IMG/VR virus record: IMGVR_UViG_3300031813_000007
Span: 1-64,000 of that record
Reading direction: 5' to 3' (one strand)
Source: an uncultured virus (IMG/VR IMGVR_UViG_3300031813_000007)
Taxonomy: Duplodnaviria > Heunggongvirae > Uroviricota > Caudoviricetes
Length of the DNA: 64,000 nt
Shown: one piece after another, positions 10,844 to 21,844 of the stretch
Layout: each line of letters starts with the position of its first letter
Numbering within the stretch: position 1 is the first letter of the stretch
The notes under the pieces: generated by a model
Told to the model about the DNA's origin: nothing
The model's database searches: none
The model's input: only the letters and a program-made list of their open reading frames with translations
Program-made: the position numbers and the translations under genes

Positions 10844-10874
10844 AAAATAGCCGGGAACTAGCCCGGCTATTTTT
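10844..10874. terminator. intrinsic terminator hairpin
   Basis: AAAATAGCCGGG-aactag-CCCGGCTATTTT, just after the stop of 10896..13229. Confidence 0.85.
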
Positions 10875-10895
10875 ATTACTAGTATTATGTGGTAG

Positions 10896-13229
10896 TTACT
10901 TTCTAATACCAGCTAACTTTGCCCAATCACTAGCTGACTCATTGATATCTTTAGTGTTTAGGTGTGAGTGCATACGATCATCTTGACCAGCAACCACTGG
11001 AATAGTAGTTTGACCAGTTGACTTAGGTTTGTTCAATCCGCCTGAGATTACCTTAGTCATGAACTCAATGTCTGCTTCCCAATCTTCATCATTGTTTCTG
11101 CGAGCATTATTGGCCCATTCGTCTAGCTTGTTATCTGGCTTATTATCAAACGGATTGCCATTGTTCTTCATCTTGTCTTTGATTTCTTGTTGATGATAAC
11201 CATTTACACCTTCTTCTAGATCATCTTCTTCATCTAGTTCTTTGCTGGTGTCATACCATTGTTTACCATAGTCTGGCTCATCTTCTTCATCTTCGCCATC
11301 TTCGTCGTAGTATGGGCCGCTCTTTTTGCGCTTGAAATGCTCGTCCCAAGCTTTTTGAGTATCTGGATGAACTGCTTCATCTACCTCTTCATTTTCTTGT
11401 GGACCGTTTTCTTCTTTCTGTGAAGCGTCATAACCGGCTGCTGCATTATTTGCTGCACTGTTGCCCTTTGTAGCATTCTGTGAGTTTGCTGCACCATTGT
11501 CTGAAGGGTTCTGTGGCTGTGCAGGAGATTGTCCTTGCTGTGGTTCTCCCTCATCTTCTGCCATTTCATATGACATCTGATCTTCTGACTCAACTTCGTC
11601 AAGCTTGCCTTCATCACATTCACATTCAGATTCTGGCATACCGCAGTTTTCACATTCTGCTTCTTCACCTTCGCCAGCATCATCACCATCATGTTGAATA
11701 CCAGATAGCTTCTTCATCAAACCAAGCATACCGTCATTGTCATCTACAACTTCAATATCGCCCGGTGTGTTTACTTCACTTGAAGGAGCTTGAATGCTGA
11801 AACCTCTTGGTTCATCACTAAGTTCTTCGTGACCACCTTCTCCACCGAAAATGCCCAAACCAGCTTGACGAACTAGAGCAAGAACTTGGTCTGCTTCTGC
11901 GTCAGTGGCGCTGATGTTTACAGAATCGGGTGCGCCCTGCTGTCCCTTGGAAACAGAAACAGTTAATCCCTCAGTAAGTGACTTCTTTGAAGACTTTTTA
12001 CTTTCGTTAATTTGCTTACCTTCATTGATGAGGTTTTCAAGTTCACGATCCCATGCTTCAAACGCGAAATCCTCTTCGCCAAGATGTGAATCATAATGAG
12101 AAGTATCAGTAAATGATTTTCCGCCCACTGTGAACTTGCCACCGTGTGGTGTTCTTGCGAGGCCAGCAGTGAAAGCATTACCTTCATCCATCTCACCAGT
12201 ATAAGGATCACGTGCAGCTTGATCTGCCATGCCGTGTGTAGTTGCTGGCATGTGAGGAGTTGCCATACCATAGCATTCGTCCATCATACCATAGCATTCA
12301 TCAAGACCTTCTTTATAACCTTCATGATATGCTCTGCATTCTTCCATGTCTTCATAGTTCTTACCGGCATAAGAGTGGCCTTTAAGTCCATGTGATTTAC
12401 CCTCAAGACGGGCTGCTCTGATACGGTTACTCATATTTTCCTTCACTGCCTTTTTCTTATCTGCTGCGGCCTTTTTCATTGATTCTTTCTTGTCGCCGTC
12501 TTTGTCTAAATCTAGGAAGTCTGGCTTAGCTTTTTTAGCTTCAAGAGTAGTTCTACTTCTACCTGCTCCTAATGCTGCACCATAAGTATCAACTCCTGAT
12601 GCTGATGGAATATCGCCTTCTTTGACACCCTTCTTCCAGGCGCCCTTTGCACGAATAGCAAAGTTAAGTTCCTGCTGCTTAGTATATTCAGGTGAACCCT
12701 TTTTGTGAGGACCTGACTTGTGAAGTGCTGCAAGTTGCTTTTCCAACTCAGCCTTGGTTTTACCTTTGAACATTCCCTTCTTAGAAGGATTCAATTCAGT
12801 GTCTCCGCCCCACTTTTCGTCAAGCTCTTCTTCTTGGACAGCCTGAGTTGAACTTGTCTGCATAGTTGCACCGCCCTGCTGTGCTTGGTTGCCCTGTTGC
12901 TTTTGTTGTCCCTGCATTGGCTGCTGTTGAGTCATGACAACCTGAACATCTTGTGGATCAAGATTTGAAAGCATTTTTGAAACTGCTGGATTTTGACTAG
13001 TTACAACACCCATTCCTGCTTTTTTATTTGTTGGGTCTAGAACTGGAAGTGGTTTTTGTCCCGGAGCCATTGCTTCATCCAACTGTCTGAACATATCTTT
13101 CAAAGACATATTCTTTGGTTCAACCTTTACTGGCTGAGCAGGAGCAGATTCCTTGAGAATCTTTTTCTTAGGTGGGGCTTTTGGAGCAGAAGCTTCTAAC
13201 TGGCTCATCTTTTTCAACAAGTCTTTCAT
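10896..13229 (-). CDS. large acidic head-internal/prohead-core-like protein
   Basis: Low complexity; many LDE/xxE motifs; KPDFLDLDKDGDKKESMKKA motif; ends LAGIRK. Confidence 0.6.
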   Translation of the reverse strand: MKDLLKKMSQLEASAPKAPPKKKILKESAPAQPVKVEPKNMSLKDMFRQLDEAMAPGQKPLPVLDPTNKKAGMGVVTSQNPAVSKMLSNLDPQDVQVVMTQQQPMQGQQKQQGNQAQQGGATMQTSSTQAVQEEELDEKWGGDTELNPSKKGMFKGKTKAELEKQLAALHKSGPHKKGSPEYTKQQELNFAIRAKGAWKKGVKEGDIPSASGVDTYGAALGAGRSRTTLEAKKAKPDFLDLDKDGDKKESMKKAAADKKKAVKENMSNRIRAARLEGKSHGLKGHSYAGKNYEDMEECRAYHEGYKEGLDECYGMMDECYGMATPHMPATTHGMADQAARDPYTGEMDEGNAFTAGLARTPHGGKFTVGGKSFTDTSHYDSHLGEEDFAFEAWDRELENLINEGKQINESKKSSKKSLTEGLTVSVSKGQQGAPDSVNISATDAEADQVLALVRQAGLGIFGGEGGHEELSDEPRGFSIQAPSSEVNTPGDIEVVDDNDGMLGLMKKLSGIQHDGDDAGEGEEAECENCGMPESECECDEGKLDEVESEDQMSYEMAEDEGEPQQGQSPAQPQNPSDNGAANSQNATKGNSAANNAAAGYDASQKEENGPQENEEVDEAVHPDTQKAWDEHFKRKKSGPYYDEDGEDEEDEPDYGKQWYDTSKELDEEDDLEEGVNGYHQQEIKDKMKNNGNPFDNKPDNKLDEWANNARRNNDEDWEADIEFMTKVISGGLNKPKSTGQTTIPVVAGQDDRMHSHLNTKDINESASDWAKLAGIRK

Positions 13230-13232
13230 GTC

Positions 13233-13859
13233 TTATCCTTTACTTGCGCCAGTTTGTGGCTTTGCTGGTCTGGTGATGGTTGACATCGGGCTGTGAATGC
13301 CACGTGGGTCATTATCTAAATATGGCTTGAATGGATCAAACGCATCCGGAGTTCTCTTGCCATCAAATGTGTATTGAATTCTATCATCTTTGGATTGATC
13401 TTTGATGCTTTCAAGATATGAATCGCCATATGCTTTAGATGCAGCTTTCGCACCCTTTTCTTCTTCCATTTCTTCATGTGTAAGAACAGGGTTATGTCTC
13501 ATCTGATTGGCATATTCATCCATTTCATCATTGATACTGTCATCATATGATGTTTTGACAACACGAACAAGATTCACGTTATACCCAAGTAACTGTGCAA
13601 TCTGTTGGATCATTGGTTCAGTAGCAGGATACCTAAAGACAGCCTTGATGATAGTTACTGACTCGTTTTCCAAATTAGGAAAACCGTATGGGTCTTTCTG
13701 AATTGGAGTTGATTTTGGTTCAGAGATTTCAACAGGATCAAACTTCTTCAAGTTGAAACGAAACATGTCAAGAAAGTTCTTATCAACGTTCCCTGCGATC
13801 TTGATAGTGTATGCATAGGTGCGGACACTTTCTGCGATGAAATGTTTTAGGCTTTTCAT
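13233..13859 (-). CDS. hypothetical late (probably virion) protein
   Basis: 208-aa ORF starting MKSLKHFIAES; TAAATA upstream. Confidence 0.7.
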   Translation of the reverse strand: MKSLKHFIAESVRTYAYTIKIAGNVDKNFLDMFRFNLKKFDPVEISEPKSTPIQKDPYGFPNLENESVTIIKAVFRYPATEPMIQQIAQLLGYNVNLVRVVKTSYDDSINDEMDEYANQMRHNPVLTHEEMEEEKGAKAASKAYGDSYLESIKDQSKDDRIQYTFDGKRTPDAFDPFKPYLDNDPRGIHSPMSTITRPAKPQTGASKG

Positions 13860-13892
13860 AGTAATCCTTGCAATAGCTTTATATTATATTTA

Positions 13893-14375
13893 TCATTGAT
13901 CTGTATTTTTGTTGTTCAACATTTTGAGCAACTCATTGCGATCAAACGATTGTCCTTCACCGATGGGCTTAGTCTGTATCTCTTCGCTTTTAGCTTGCAT
14001 TTTTTGATCAAGTTGAGCCTTTTTCAGTTGCATATCAAGCATTTTGAGTTTTTTGTTGATCTTTGCCGTTTTGGCAGTAATAGCATGACCAAGGAACCCG
14101 CTTGCTGCACTGAATATGTCTGCGCTGAATCTGGAATCAACTTGCATACCTAAATCTACTAGGTCTTTGTAGCTGGCAGTAGCTAGATCAGCCAATTCGT
14201 CCATCTCTTCGTCGGCTGCTTCCAGCCCTTTTACTTGAGGTAGCGCATTGTCAATCTTTTCCAGATTGCTTACTGCTTCTTGTGTTATTTCTCTTGCGTG
14301 TTCAAAGATTGGCTGAGTAAGATCATCATCTTCGCTCGTTGCCAACTCAAACAGTTCTTCTAGCTTTTTATTCAT
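13893..14375 (-). CDS. helical late protein, possibly terminase small subunit
   Basis: Size, helical pattern and late promoter fit a gp16-like protein; no diagnostic motif. Confidence 0.4.
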   Translation of the reverse strand: MNKKLEELFELATSEDDDLTQPIFEHAREITQEAVSNLEKIDNALPQVKGLEAADEEMDELADLATASYKDLVDLGMQVDSRFSADIFSAASGFLGHAITAKTAKINKKLKMLDMQLKKAQLDQKMQAKSEEIQTKPIGEGQSFDRNELLKMLNNKNTDQ

Positions 14376-14387
14376 GTAAGTATTTAG

Positions 14388-14822
14388 TTACTTGCGTCCA
14401 TTATAGAACAAATCATCTTCAGTAATGACACGAAAAGTCAATCCCTGAGCCTTACAATAAGCATTTGCTGCCGCCCACTTGGCATGGTTTATAGCAACAG
14501 TCATTCTGTCCTTTGCGCTTGCGGTCTTACTCTCAATGATGCTTTGTTTCTTCGGCTTGATTTCAACAACTTCAGCAAGGGTTTTGCCGTGTTTGTTCTT
14601 ATACACAACGAAGAAATCAGGAATGTAGTTTGTTGGTTTGCCAGTAAACGGATGGCGATATTTAATAGCCATTGATTCACTTGCCCAATGTAACACGTTA
14701 TCATTGTTGTCACAAAAGGTCATGAATGTGAGTTCCCAGCCAGAACGATATCTAGGCTGGTGCTTTCCTATATACTTTTGTGGATTTTTTGGGGTATAAA
14801 GACCTTGTGCCCACTTAGCCAT
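14388..14822 (-). CDS. head completion nuclease (T4 gp4-like, TnsA-type PD-(D/E)XK)
   Basis: YxPKNPQKY, YRSGWE, WASE, YIPDF, EIKP, NHAKWAAA, FRVITE motifs. Confidence 0.9.
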   Translation of the reverse strand: MAKWAQGLYTPKNPQKYIGKHQPRYRSGWELTFMTFCDNNDNVLHWASESMAIKYRHPFTGKPTNYIPDFFVVYKNKHGKTLAEVVEIKPKKQSIIESKTASAKDRMTVAINHAKWAAANAYCKAQGLTFRVITEDDLFYNGRK

Positions 14823-14823
14823 A

Positions 14824-15177
14824 TTACTGCACTACGTTACGCTGCACGGCCTGATTTGGAGTAGGAATACTTCCAGTCCCATATAGTGCTACTTTAGACT
14901 TAAATGTGTTTAAATAATAGCATATTACACTATTCATCTGTAATGTGTTGTTTGATCCTTTTATGATTTGAAGAAGTTCAATAACACTAGTGCCACTTTG
15001 CTGAGCAATATTAAACAGTATTGCAGTAAAGTTATTTGCTATAGTTCTATTATTTGATGTTCCATAGAAGTATGAGTAGACGAGATCATAATCAACAGCA
15101 TTTACAACACTAGAGTTATTGTAAAAACTATCATATATTAATACGGTTTGATCGGGGTTTACAGTAATAGTTGCCAT
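14824..15177 (-). CDS. hypothetical virion protein
   Basis: Start refined to ATG 15177, downstream of TAAATA. Confidence 0.65.
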   Translation of the reverse strand: MATITVNPDQTVLIYDSFYNNSSVVNAVDYDLVYSYFYGTSNNRTIANNFTAILFNIAQQSGTSVIELLQIIKGSNNTLQMNSVICYYLNTFKSKVALYGTGSIPTPNQAVQRNVVQ

Positions 15178-15205
15178 ATTCTTATTTATCTCATGGAAAT
15201 GTGAG

Positions 15206-16828
15206 TTATCCCATTGATCCATCATTGAAATCATTCAATGCGGTGACAGGAGATGGAGGATTTGCTGCCAAATCACTTGCATTATACTGTGATCCAGCAT
15301 CAGTAGTGATTGGGAATGGAGGCACTGATGCTGATATTCCAGCTAGCTGATCTGCTGTAGTAGCATTAATAGCTATAGGTGTATTTTGAGTGGAGGCAAG
15401 CGGAGGAACCTCTGTACTAGAAATCGGTGGAATAATTGGTGTATTAAGAGAAGATAAATCCACATTTGCAACCAGCGGCGCATTATTAGCATAGATAGAT
15501 GCTAGCGTGGCATTGTTTTCTGCTAATAAGGTAGCAGTTTGATCCGTTGCAGAATAGGCATTACCGCTTTGTGTATACACTGCATCATATGCAACGGATG
15601 GTGGAGCTATATCACCATCAATGACAGGTGCACCTGCCGTACCTGCTGGTCCAGGAGTAGATTGCGCAACAGGTGTACTAAATGGTGTATTTCTGTTGGT
15701 AGGAGCATTTCCTAGTACAGTTGACAACATGGCCCCAATGGCATTAGGTATTGAATTATTAGATGGTGATTGGAATGCGTTGTATGCAACATTCTGCGCT
15801 TGAATGGCAGCACTAAGTTGACTTGAGCCACCGACAATAGCTTCAATCGCTCCGCCAGCAGCATTAACCAATCCACCTTGTCCAAGGGCTGCACTGTTTG
15901 ATCCTTCAAGTGCAATAGGACTCAACGTGTTATCATAGTTGGCTGGATCACCAAAACCAGTGACGATTTGGCCTGGGTCTTGCCCATCCATTGTTCCATA
16001 ATTGTAGACCACAGTTTCGTAATCTATAGTCATTTTGTTTGACATGGTGCCACCACCCTCAGCGTATGCATAGGTATCATGACTAAAGGATGTGATGATA
16101 GGATTTATTAAAGTATAAGCAGTAAACTGGTGCTGATTAAATCCGAATACTGTAATGTTTTTGAAGAATGCTTGTCTAACACCAGTTGATGTTGTAGTTT
16201 GGCCAGTTACGAATCCCCAATCATCTTGCCCAGAAATACTAGTATTATAAATGTTTCTTGAGTTGTAATCGGCACCGCCACTTCCAGACCCTATTCCTGA
16301 CAGGTTTCCAGCAGTGTTCAACAAGTTACTTATGCCGCCGCCCTGTAAAACTGAACCGGGCTTATTTGAATCATTATAGTAATATGTATAATACGCCTGC
16401 CAAAGTTTGTTTATCTGATTCGCATTATCATCATGAAAAGTGATGTCAATAGGCTCGTACTTTATCTTTGTTTGTATGATTCTTTTTCTATTGTACTGAT
16501 TAAGCTGTGTAGTATTAAAAGTGAATGTTGGAAGTTTCACATCTTTTACCATTAACCCGTAATTCGGATTGCCTCCGCCACCCAAACTGATACCAATAGA
16601 ATTTAATGATCCCTGTATCAAAGTTTGTAATGCAGATGATGATGAGGTGGCTATTGATGCATTAATGGTAAAATACGTATGAAAGAGAAATTTTAGTTTT
16701 GGTGCATTTTGATAAGAGTTTGTTCTAAAAACTCTAGAAGCATGTTGGTAGTCTCTAACATTAACACCTCCGGAAGAGGATGCTCCTCCGGAGGGGTCTT
16801 GTAGAAGATTTATGTTAAATCCCGACAT
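15206..16828 (-). CDS. tail-tube-fold baseplate/tube initiator protein
   Basis: VKLPTF..NQYNRK..YEPIDITFHDD tube-like motifs; adjacent to the tube gene. Confidence 0.7.
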   Translation of the reverse strand: MSGFNINLLQDPSGGASSSGGVNVRDYQHASRVFRTNSYQNAPKLKFLFHTYFTINASIATSSSSALQTLIQGSLNSIGISLGGGGNPNYGLMVKDVKLPTFTFNTTQLNQYNRKRIIQTKIKYEPIDITFHDDNANQINKLWQAYYTYYYNDSNKPGSVLQGGGISNLLNTAGNLSGIGSGSGGADYNSRNIYNTSISGQDDWGFVTGQTTTSTGVRQAFFKNITVFGFNQHQFTAYTLINPIITSFSHDTYAYAEGGGTMSNKMTIDYETVVYNYGTMDGQDPGQIVTGFGDPANYDNTLSPIALEGSNSAALGQGGLVNAAGGAIEAIVGGSSQLSAAIQAQNVAYNAFQSPSNNSIPNAIGAMLSTVLGNAPTNRNTPFSTPVAQSTPGPAGTAGAPVIDGDIAPPSVAYDAVYTQSGNAYSATDQTATLLAENNATLASIYANNAPLVANVDLSSLNTPIIPPISSTEVPPLASTQNTPIAINATTADQLAGISASVPPFPITTDAGSQYNASDLAANPPSPVTALNDFNDGSMG

Positions 16829-16846
16829 TCAAACTTATCTTATCTA

Positions 16847-17500
16847 TTAAGAAGTTGCAGTAGTTCCGCCGATGCCTGTTACAGAACCAGTAGAGCTATC
16901 AGAAACGCGAGTGATTGGAGTACCAACACCGGAACCAAGTGGTGCCTGAATTGCGTTGTCAAAGCGAATAGTCAATGCGATAGTTACTACTTCGTTTGTG
17001 CCATAGTTCAATGTATTGTAGTTTGCCGTCTGCAAGAAGCAGCCATAAACTTCCCAAGTTTCAAGAACTACCGGTGCGGCAGTACCATTACCACCATCTA
17101 GAATTTCAATGTTAGTTTGGAACTTATAGTCCTGACCAGTTGCAGCAGATGCCTGTTCAACGAAGTCAAGTTGCTTCTGTAACTGTTCACCAACAGCTTT
17201 TGAAACGCTACCGGATGCATCATCACGAATGTTTACAGTCATTGTCTGCCATTGGTGCTTACCGGCAAGATACAGAGTTGAGTTGTAAACTGGAAGTGTG
17301 ATTTCTTGGAACTGAACGTTTGGTCGTGAGCAATCAACGACTTGTTTAGTCAAATTTAAACCGCTTGATGAGCTTACGCCAAAGTTCAGGAAGTTAACTC
17401 TAAATCTGAACTGTAGTTTTGGCATCAACAAGCCTTGGTTGCCACCAGCGTTGTCTGATGCTACCGTCATGTTGAACAATGATTGTGAGGCTGTTGCCAT
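16847..17500 (-). CDS. tail tube protein (gp19-like)
   Basis: PKLQFRFRV, YLAGKHQWQ, LETWEVYGCF and LTIRFDNA motifs; follows the sheath gene. Confidence 0.88.
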   Translation of the reverse strand: MATASQSLFNMTVASDNAGGNQGLLMPKLQFRFRVNFLNFGVSSSSGLNLTKQVVDCSRPNVQFQEITLPVYNSTLYLAGKHQWQTMTVNIRDDASGSVSKAVGEQLQKQLDFVEQASAATGQDYKFQTNIEILDGGNGTAAPVVLETWEVYGCFLQTANYNTLNYGTNEVVTIALTIRFDNAIQAPLGSGVGTPITRVSDSSTGSVTGIGGTTATS

Positions 17501-17530
17501 TTGTATTCTCCTGTTATATGTATTTATCTT

Positions 17531-17560
17531 AATGTGAGGGTCTTGCGACCCTCACATTTT
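17531..17560. terminator. hairpin/terminator between sheath and tube genes
   Basis: AATGTGAGGGTC-ttgc-GACCCTCACATT perfect 12-bp stem. Confidence 0.75.
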
Positions 17561-17567
17561 TATTTCA

Positions 17568-20500
17568 TTACCCGTTGTTGTTACCGAGTGTGCCGGTAGC
17601 AAGAAGACGAACTGGGATATAGATGAATTCAACAGCCTTAACTGGTTCAATAGCAACGTCTACCCAAAGTTCATTTTGATCAATTGTTGTTGGTGTATTG
17701 TTTGAGAGATCGCATACTACCAAGTAGTCATAGATACCTCTTGTTGCAACAAGATTTACCAACAGCGATTGTACCACGCCAGTGATCTGACTTCTTGTGA
17801 TGGCGTCATTAGGTTCAAAGACAAATGGTCTTGCGGCAATTGTCAACTGACGGCGCAAGTATGCAACAAGTCTTGCAACGTTGATTCTATCAAGTGATGA
17901 GTTTGATTCATAACTTGAAATGTTACCATAGCACAACAGACCTTGACCAGTGAAGAACACGAGTGGGTTGATGTTGTTTTCATACAATGTATCACGAATA
18001 CCCAAGCTAGTCTTGATAGACACAAAGTTTCCTGTTGTCTGATCAATATAACCAATGCTTGTTGCGTTATCAATGACACCACGGCGAGTACCTGCTGCCG
18101 CAAACCAAGGATAAGCAATATTATCATTACGCAAGAATGTTCTGATCATCATGTGTGATGGTGGAACCGCAACAATATTACCGCTTAGATCGGTTGTAGT
18201 GCCTGATGGATAGAACAGACCCATGTATGTGTCACGAGTTACGCAACCCTGTAGACCTGTTGTGTCTGCACCAGCAGCATTAGTTGCCCAGTTGACAAGA
18301 CTTGTTGCATCAGCAGGAAGTGTCATTGGAGTATCACCAACGATGAAACCAGTCTGACCTCTATTATCGTTCAGTGTAACCATGTCTGGTTGCAATTCTG
18401 GATAGTTAGGGCAGGCGATCAAGTTGAAGAATGTATCTTCATCAAGGATTGCGGTGTTGGTGTTGATAGTAGCAGCCAATGCCTTGACAACCATCGCTCT
18501 CTGAGCTTGGCTACCCATATAAGGAGCACCATTTGACATATTACCCGATGCAGTTACCCAAGCAGCAGTTTGTGCAGGATATGAAGACTGTCCTGGGAAA
18601 TTAGTAGTGTTGAAGTAGCTTGAATTATACTGCTTCACATTGTAACCAGAACGTCTTGTATTGAACAGAAGCATACCAACTGGATAAAGCGAACTGCTTG
18701 GAGCATCCAAATCAAGATAGTTACTAGTCAACAATGATTGGATTGTTGGAATAGCATCGGTTGCTGGATTTGTAGTTCCATTTGTTGCCCAACGTGCATC
18801 TTGGAAGATAATACCAGATGAACTTATGTCGTCAGTATTGTTAATCAATACCCATTGTGCAGTTTGGTTTCCGATTGGACCGGAAAGCTCCCAACGATAG
18901 ATGATTGGATAATTAACAAGATCGCTAGTATCAATCCAAAGATCACCATATTGAAGTGGAGTGCCAGCATACTGAGTAGTTGGCATTGTTGCACTTACGA
19001 TTGGACCATTTGGATCAGTAGCTGGTGTTCCGCTTGGAAGTGGGAAACCACTTGAATTATAAGTTACATTTCTGTATCCCTTCCAGCCAGTTGTCGTATT
19101 GACCATGATGTCAACTTGATCAACTACTGAGTAGAACCAGTTAGTACCATTAGCAGGGGCAAGATATGGAGCACCAGTATCGGCTTCCATAGTGAATTCC
19201 TGCCAGTTTGACAACTGAACTGAATATGCGATAGCGCCAGTACCAGAGTAATAGCTAATTGCCGTTACAGCGCCAGCATTTACAGATTCAACTGTAACAA
19301 CCAAGTCGTTTGTTGTGTTTACACCACCAAGGCTTGCACCATGGAAAGTGACCTTATCTCCAACTGCATAACCAGAACCAGCATTGCCGAAGCTGGTTGG
19401 GTTCACGTAGTATGTTTGATAATAGTTAGTTACATTAATCTGTAGACCAGAACCAACACCAGTAGTTGATGTCTGTGTTGGAGTATAGCTTACGACTGCG
19501 AAAGGCCCTTCTTTAACGCCCTGAGTAGTTGCGATAATGAAACCAGCATCATACATTAAACCATTACTTAAACCAGTTGATGAACTTACGTCATTGACGA
19601 TAATAACACCACCTTGAGTGTGTGTAAGCTGAATTGCTCCTGTTGCTGTTACTGATGCGGAAGTATAAGGAATACCTGCCGCTGCCCATGCTGTTACAAA
19701 GTCAGTTGCAGTGGTCAAAGTGCCACTGAAAGTATACGCACTTGACAATGAGCTTGAACCAGGAATTGATACAAATACGCTTGCAGTGTAAGAAGTTCCA
19801 CCAAAAGATGGAGCATTATTACTTCCAGTAATGACAGTAGGACCAGTTGCAATTCTTTCCCAATAATAAAGAGGTGCATTTGTCCATCCATTTCTTACAT
19901 CTTTGTCATACCAATATTGTGTATAGATGCTTCCTGCTGGAATTACTTGACCACCGGTTGAATCAAGTGCGGCAATTGCACTCCAATCGTCAGTTGCATA
20001 ACTTACCGATTGTGGAACCCATGATGCTGTTGCAGTATTATATTGATTGATTACTGAATTCAACCCATTACCAGCAGAACCGACTTTGAACCATACTGAA
20101 CCGGTTGGCATTGGTGTTGCCTGTCCTGCCTGCCATAATGGCTGCTGAGCAGAAGTTCCATATGTTGCTGATGGCTGGTAATATGTTACGCTTGGAAGGA
20201 TTTGCACAGCAGTTCCAGTTCCAGTTCCAGTTCCAGTAGCAGTGAATACCGTTCCGACCGTGTTTGAACCTGCACCAATTGATGTCCAACTAGTAGTACC
20301 AACGGAAACGATCTGATAAGTGTTTCCACTAGTTACAGATGTAGCTGCTACAGTTGTGGTTTCATTGAGACCCAATGCAGCAAGCAATGTATTAGTTCCA
20401 GTAACGGTAATGTAGAATGGGTTGCTTACGTTACTAAATGCTCCACCTGTCTGGTGTGAGAAAAGTTGGAACTTGCCTCCTACTGATCCTGCATTCAAAT

Positions 20501-21335
20501 AAGTTAAATTCAATGCATTAATAGCGCCTACCAGACCATTAATGTTGTTATTAGGTGAAGACGGTACTGCTACCGTGCTTGATCCCCCACCACTTAAATT
20601 GATAGTGATTGTATCACCAGCATTGAGTGTTGGATTTGAGTTTGTACCAATAACAGTTGGAATAGAAGCTAACCATTGCTGACTTCCGATAGGCTGCCAA
20701 GTGTTGTTTGCAACTTTTTGGAAGAACATAGGAGCATTTGATGCACTTGGGTAGTTATAATTTGGAATAGCTACTACCGCATATTGTCCGATGCTACCAA
20801 TGCTGCTCAAAGGAACATTTCCTGAAACCTGAGTTGGATCAGTTATTACGATTGGTGTCTGAAGAGTGAACTGACCAGTTGTTGCGTTGAACTGATAAAT
20901 GCCCCAAGTAGTATTAGTAGCGTCTAGCCAGTAAGTTCCACTTGCTGGGTTTCCAACTGGACGGCCAGTTGATCCAACTAGGCTTGCCAAGTCAATATCT
21001 GCTCTCAAGCAGTATACCTGATTGGTAATACCAAGTGCGGAATAAGCAGCAAGCAAACCATACTCATTCAATTCATATCCCTGAATTGGAGTTCCGTTAG
21101 TTGTAGTATAGAAGAATGGATTACCATAAGTGTTAACCAAGTCCTGCTGACTAGTGATCAAATAAAGCTGACCAGCATTAGCAGCAGTAGTACCAGGTGC
21201 CACAGATGTTGAATTAGGTTGTGCTTTATTCTGTGCAGTAGCAAACAGAATAAATGGGACAGAGTTTGTTGGTGCTGGCAGATATTGAGACTGGTCAATA
21301 ACTGTAACTGATACACCTGGAGATACTAGTGTCAT
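17568..21335 (-). CDS. contractile tail sheath protein (gp18-like) with large insertions
   Basis: LVSPGVSV start; PWFAAAGTRRG, LDRINVARL, FEPND and PVKAVEFIYI motifs. Confidence 0.95.
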   Translation of the reverse strand: MTLVSPGVSVTVIDQSQYLPAPTNSVPFILFATAQNKAQPNSTSVAPGTTAANAGQLYLITSQQDLVNTYGNPFFYTTTNGTPIQGYELNEYGLLAAYSALGITNQVYCLRADIDLASLVGSTGRPVGNPASGTYWLDATNTTWGIYQFNATTGQFTLQTPIVITDPTQVSGNVPLSSIGSIGQYAVVAIPNYNYPSASNAPMFFQKVANNTWQPIGSQQWLASIPTVIGTNSNPTLNAGDTITINLSGGGSSTVAVPSSPNNNINGLVGAINALNLTYLNAGSVGGKFQLFSHQTGGAFSNVSNPFYITVTGTNTLLAALGLNETTTVAATSVTSGNTYQIVSVGTTSWTSIGAGSNTVGTVFTATGTGTGTGTAVQILPSVTYYQPSATYGTSAQQPLWQAGQATPMPTGSVWFKVGSAGNGLNSVINQYNTATASWVPQSVSYATDDWSAIAALDSTGGQVIPAGSIYTQYWYDKDVRNGWTNAPLYYWERIATGPTVITGSNNAPSFGGTSYTASVFVSIPGSSSLSSAYTFSGTLTTATDFVTAWAAAGIPYTSASVTATGAIQLTHTQGGVIIVNDVSSSTGLSNGLMYDAGFIIATTQGVKEGPFAVVSYTPTQTSTTGVGSGLQINVTNYYQTYYVNPTSFGNAGSGYAVGDKVTFHGASLGGVNTTNDLVVTVESVNAGAVTAISYYSGTGAIAYSVQLSNWQEFTMEADTGAPYLAPANGTNWFYSVVDQVDIMVNTTTGWKGYRNVTYNSSGFPLPSGTPATDPNGPIVSATMPTTQYAGTPLQYGDLWIDTSDLVNYPIIYRWELSGPIGNQTAQWVLINNTDDISSSGIIFQDARWATNGTTNPATDAIPTIQSLLTSNYLDLDAPSSSLYPVGMLLFNTRRSGYNVKQYNSSYFNTTNFPGQSSYPAQTAAWVTASGNMSNGAPYMGSQAQRAMVVKALAATINTNTAILDEDTFFNLIACPNYPELQPDMVTLNDNRGQTGFIVGDTPMTLPADATSLVNWATNAAGADTTGLQGCVTRDTYMGLFYPSGTTTDLSGNIVAVPPSHMMIRTFLRNDNIAYPWFAAAGTRRGVIDNATSIGYIDQTTGNFVSIKTSLGIRDTLYENNINPLVFFTGQGLLCYGNISSYESNSSLDRINVARLVAYLRRQLTIAARPFVFEPNDAITRSQITGVVQSLLVNLVATRGIYDYLVVCDLSNNTPTTIDQNELWVDVAIEPVKAVEFIYIPVRLLATGTLGNNNG

Positions 21336-21474
21336 ATTCTTTTTTCCTTTTGTATGATTATAAGGTCTACCACCTGACCTAAAGTGTTAATCTAGGTTTC
21401 TAAATGTATTTACCAATATTTATGATTTTTTGCTTATTAAGGTGGCCTCCGAAGGGTTTTTTGATAAGTAAAAG

Positions 21475-21819
21475 ATGAAACGACCAATATGCACTATTTG
21501 TAACAAGAATCATTGTGCTGTAAACTATAGGCGTGACAACATCACTCACTATAGGAGTATCTGTGACGGTTGCAGAAAATCAAAATCCAAATCCAGACTT
21601 CGATTTTATTTGTGGGAGAAAGCTGGATACACAAAAAAACCCACATGTGACCTATGTGGGTTTAAGAGTGCCTATCCTAGTCAGATGACCGTGTTTCATA
21701 TTGATGGTGATTTAAATAATGTATCTTTCACCAATCTCAGAAGCATATGTTTAAATTGTGTGGAGGTAGTCAAACGAAAAGCCGTCAATTGGAAAAGAGG
21801 GGATTTGATCCCAGATTGA
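21475..21819 (+). CDS. Zn-finger/HNH-like protein
   Basis: CxxC pairs; HIDGDLNN..NL..CLNC. Confidence 0.75.
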   Translation: MKRPICTICNKNHCAVNYRRDNITHYRSICDGCRKSKSKSRLRFYLWEKAGYTKKPTCDLCGFKSAYPSQMTVFHIDGDLNNVSFTNLRSICLNCVEVVKRKAVNWKRGDLIPD

Positions 21820-21844
21820 TAAATAAAAAAGAAGAAATTCACAA

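Noticed and set aside
14388..14822. Tn7 TnsA transposon gene
   Set aside because: Context and motifs match the gp4 head-completion protein; no other tns genes.
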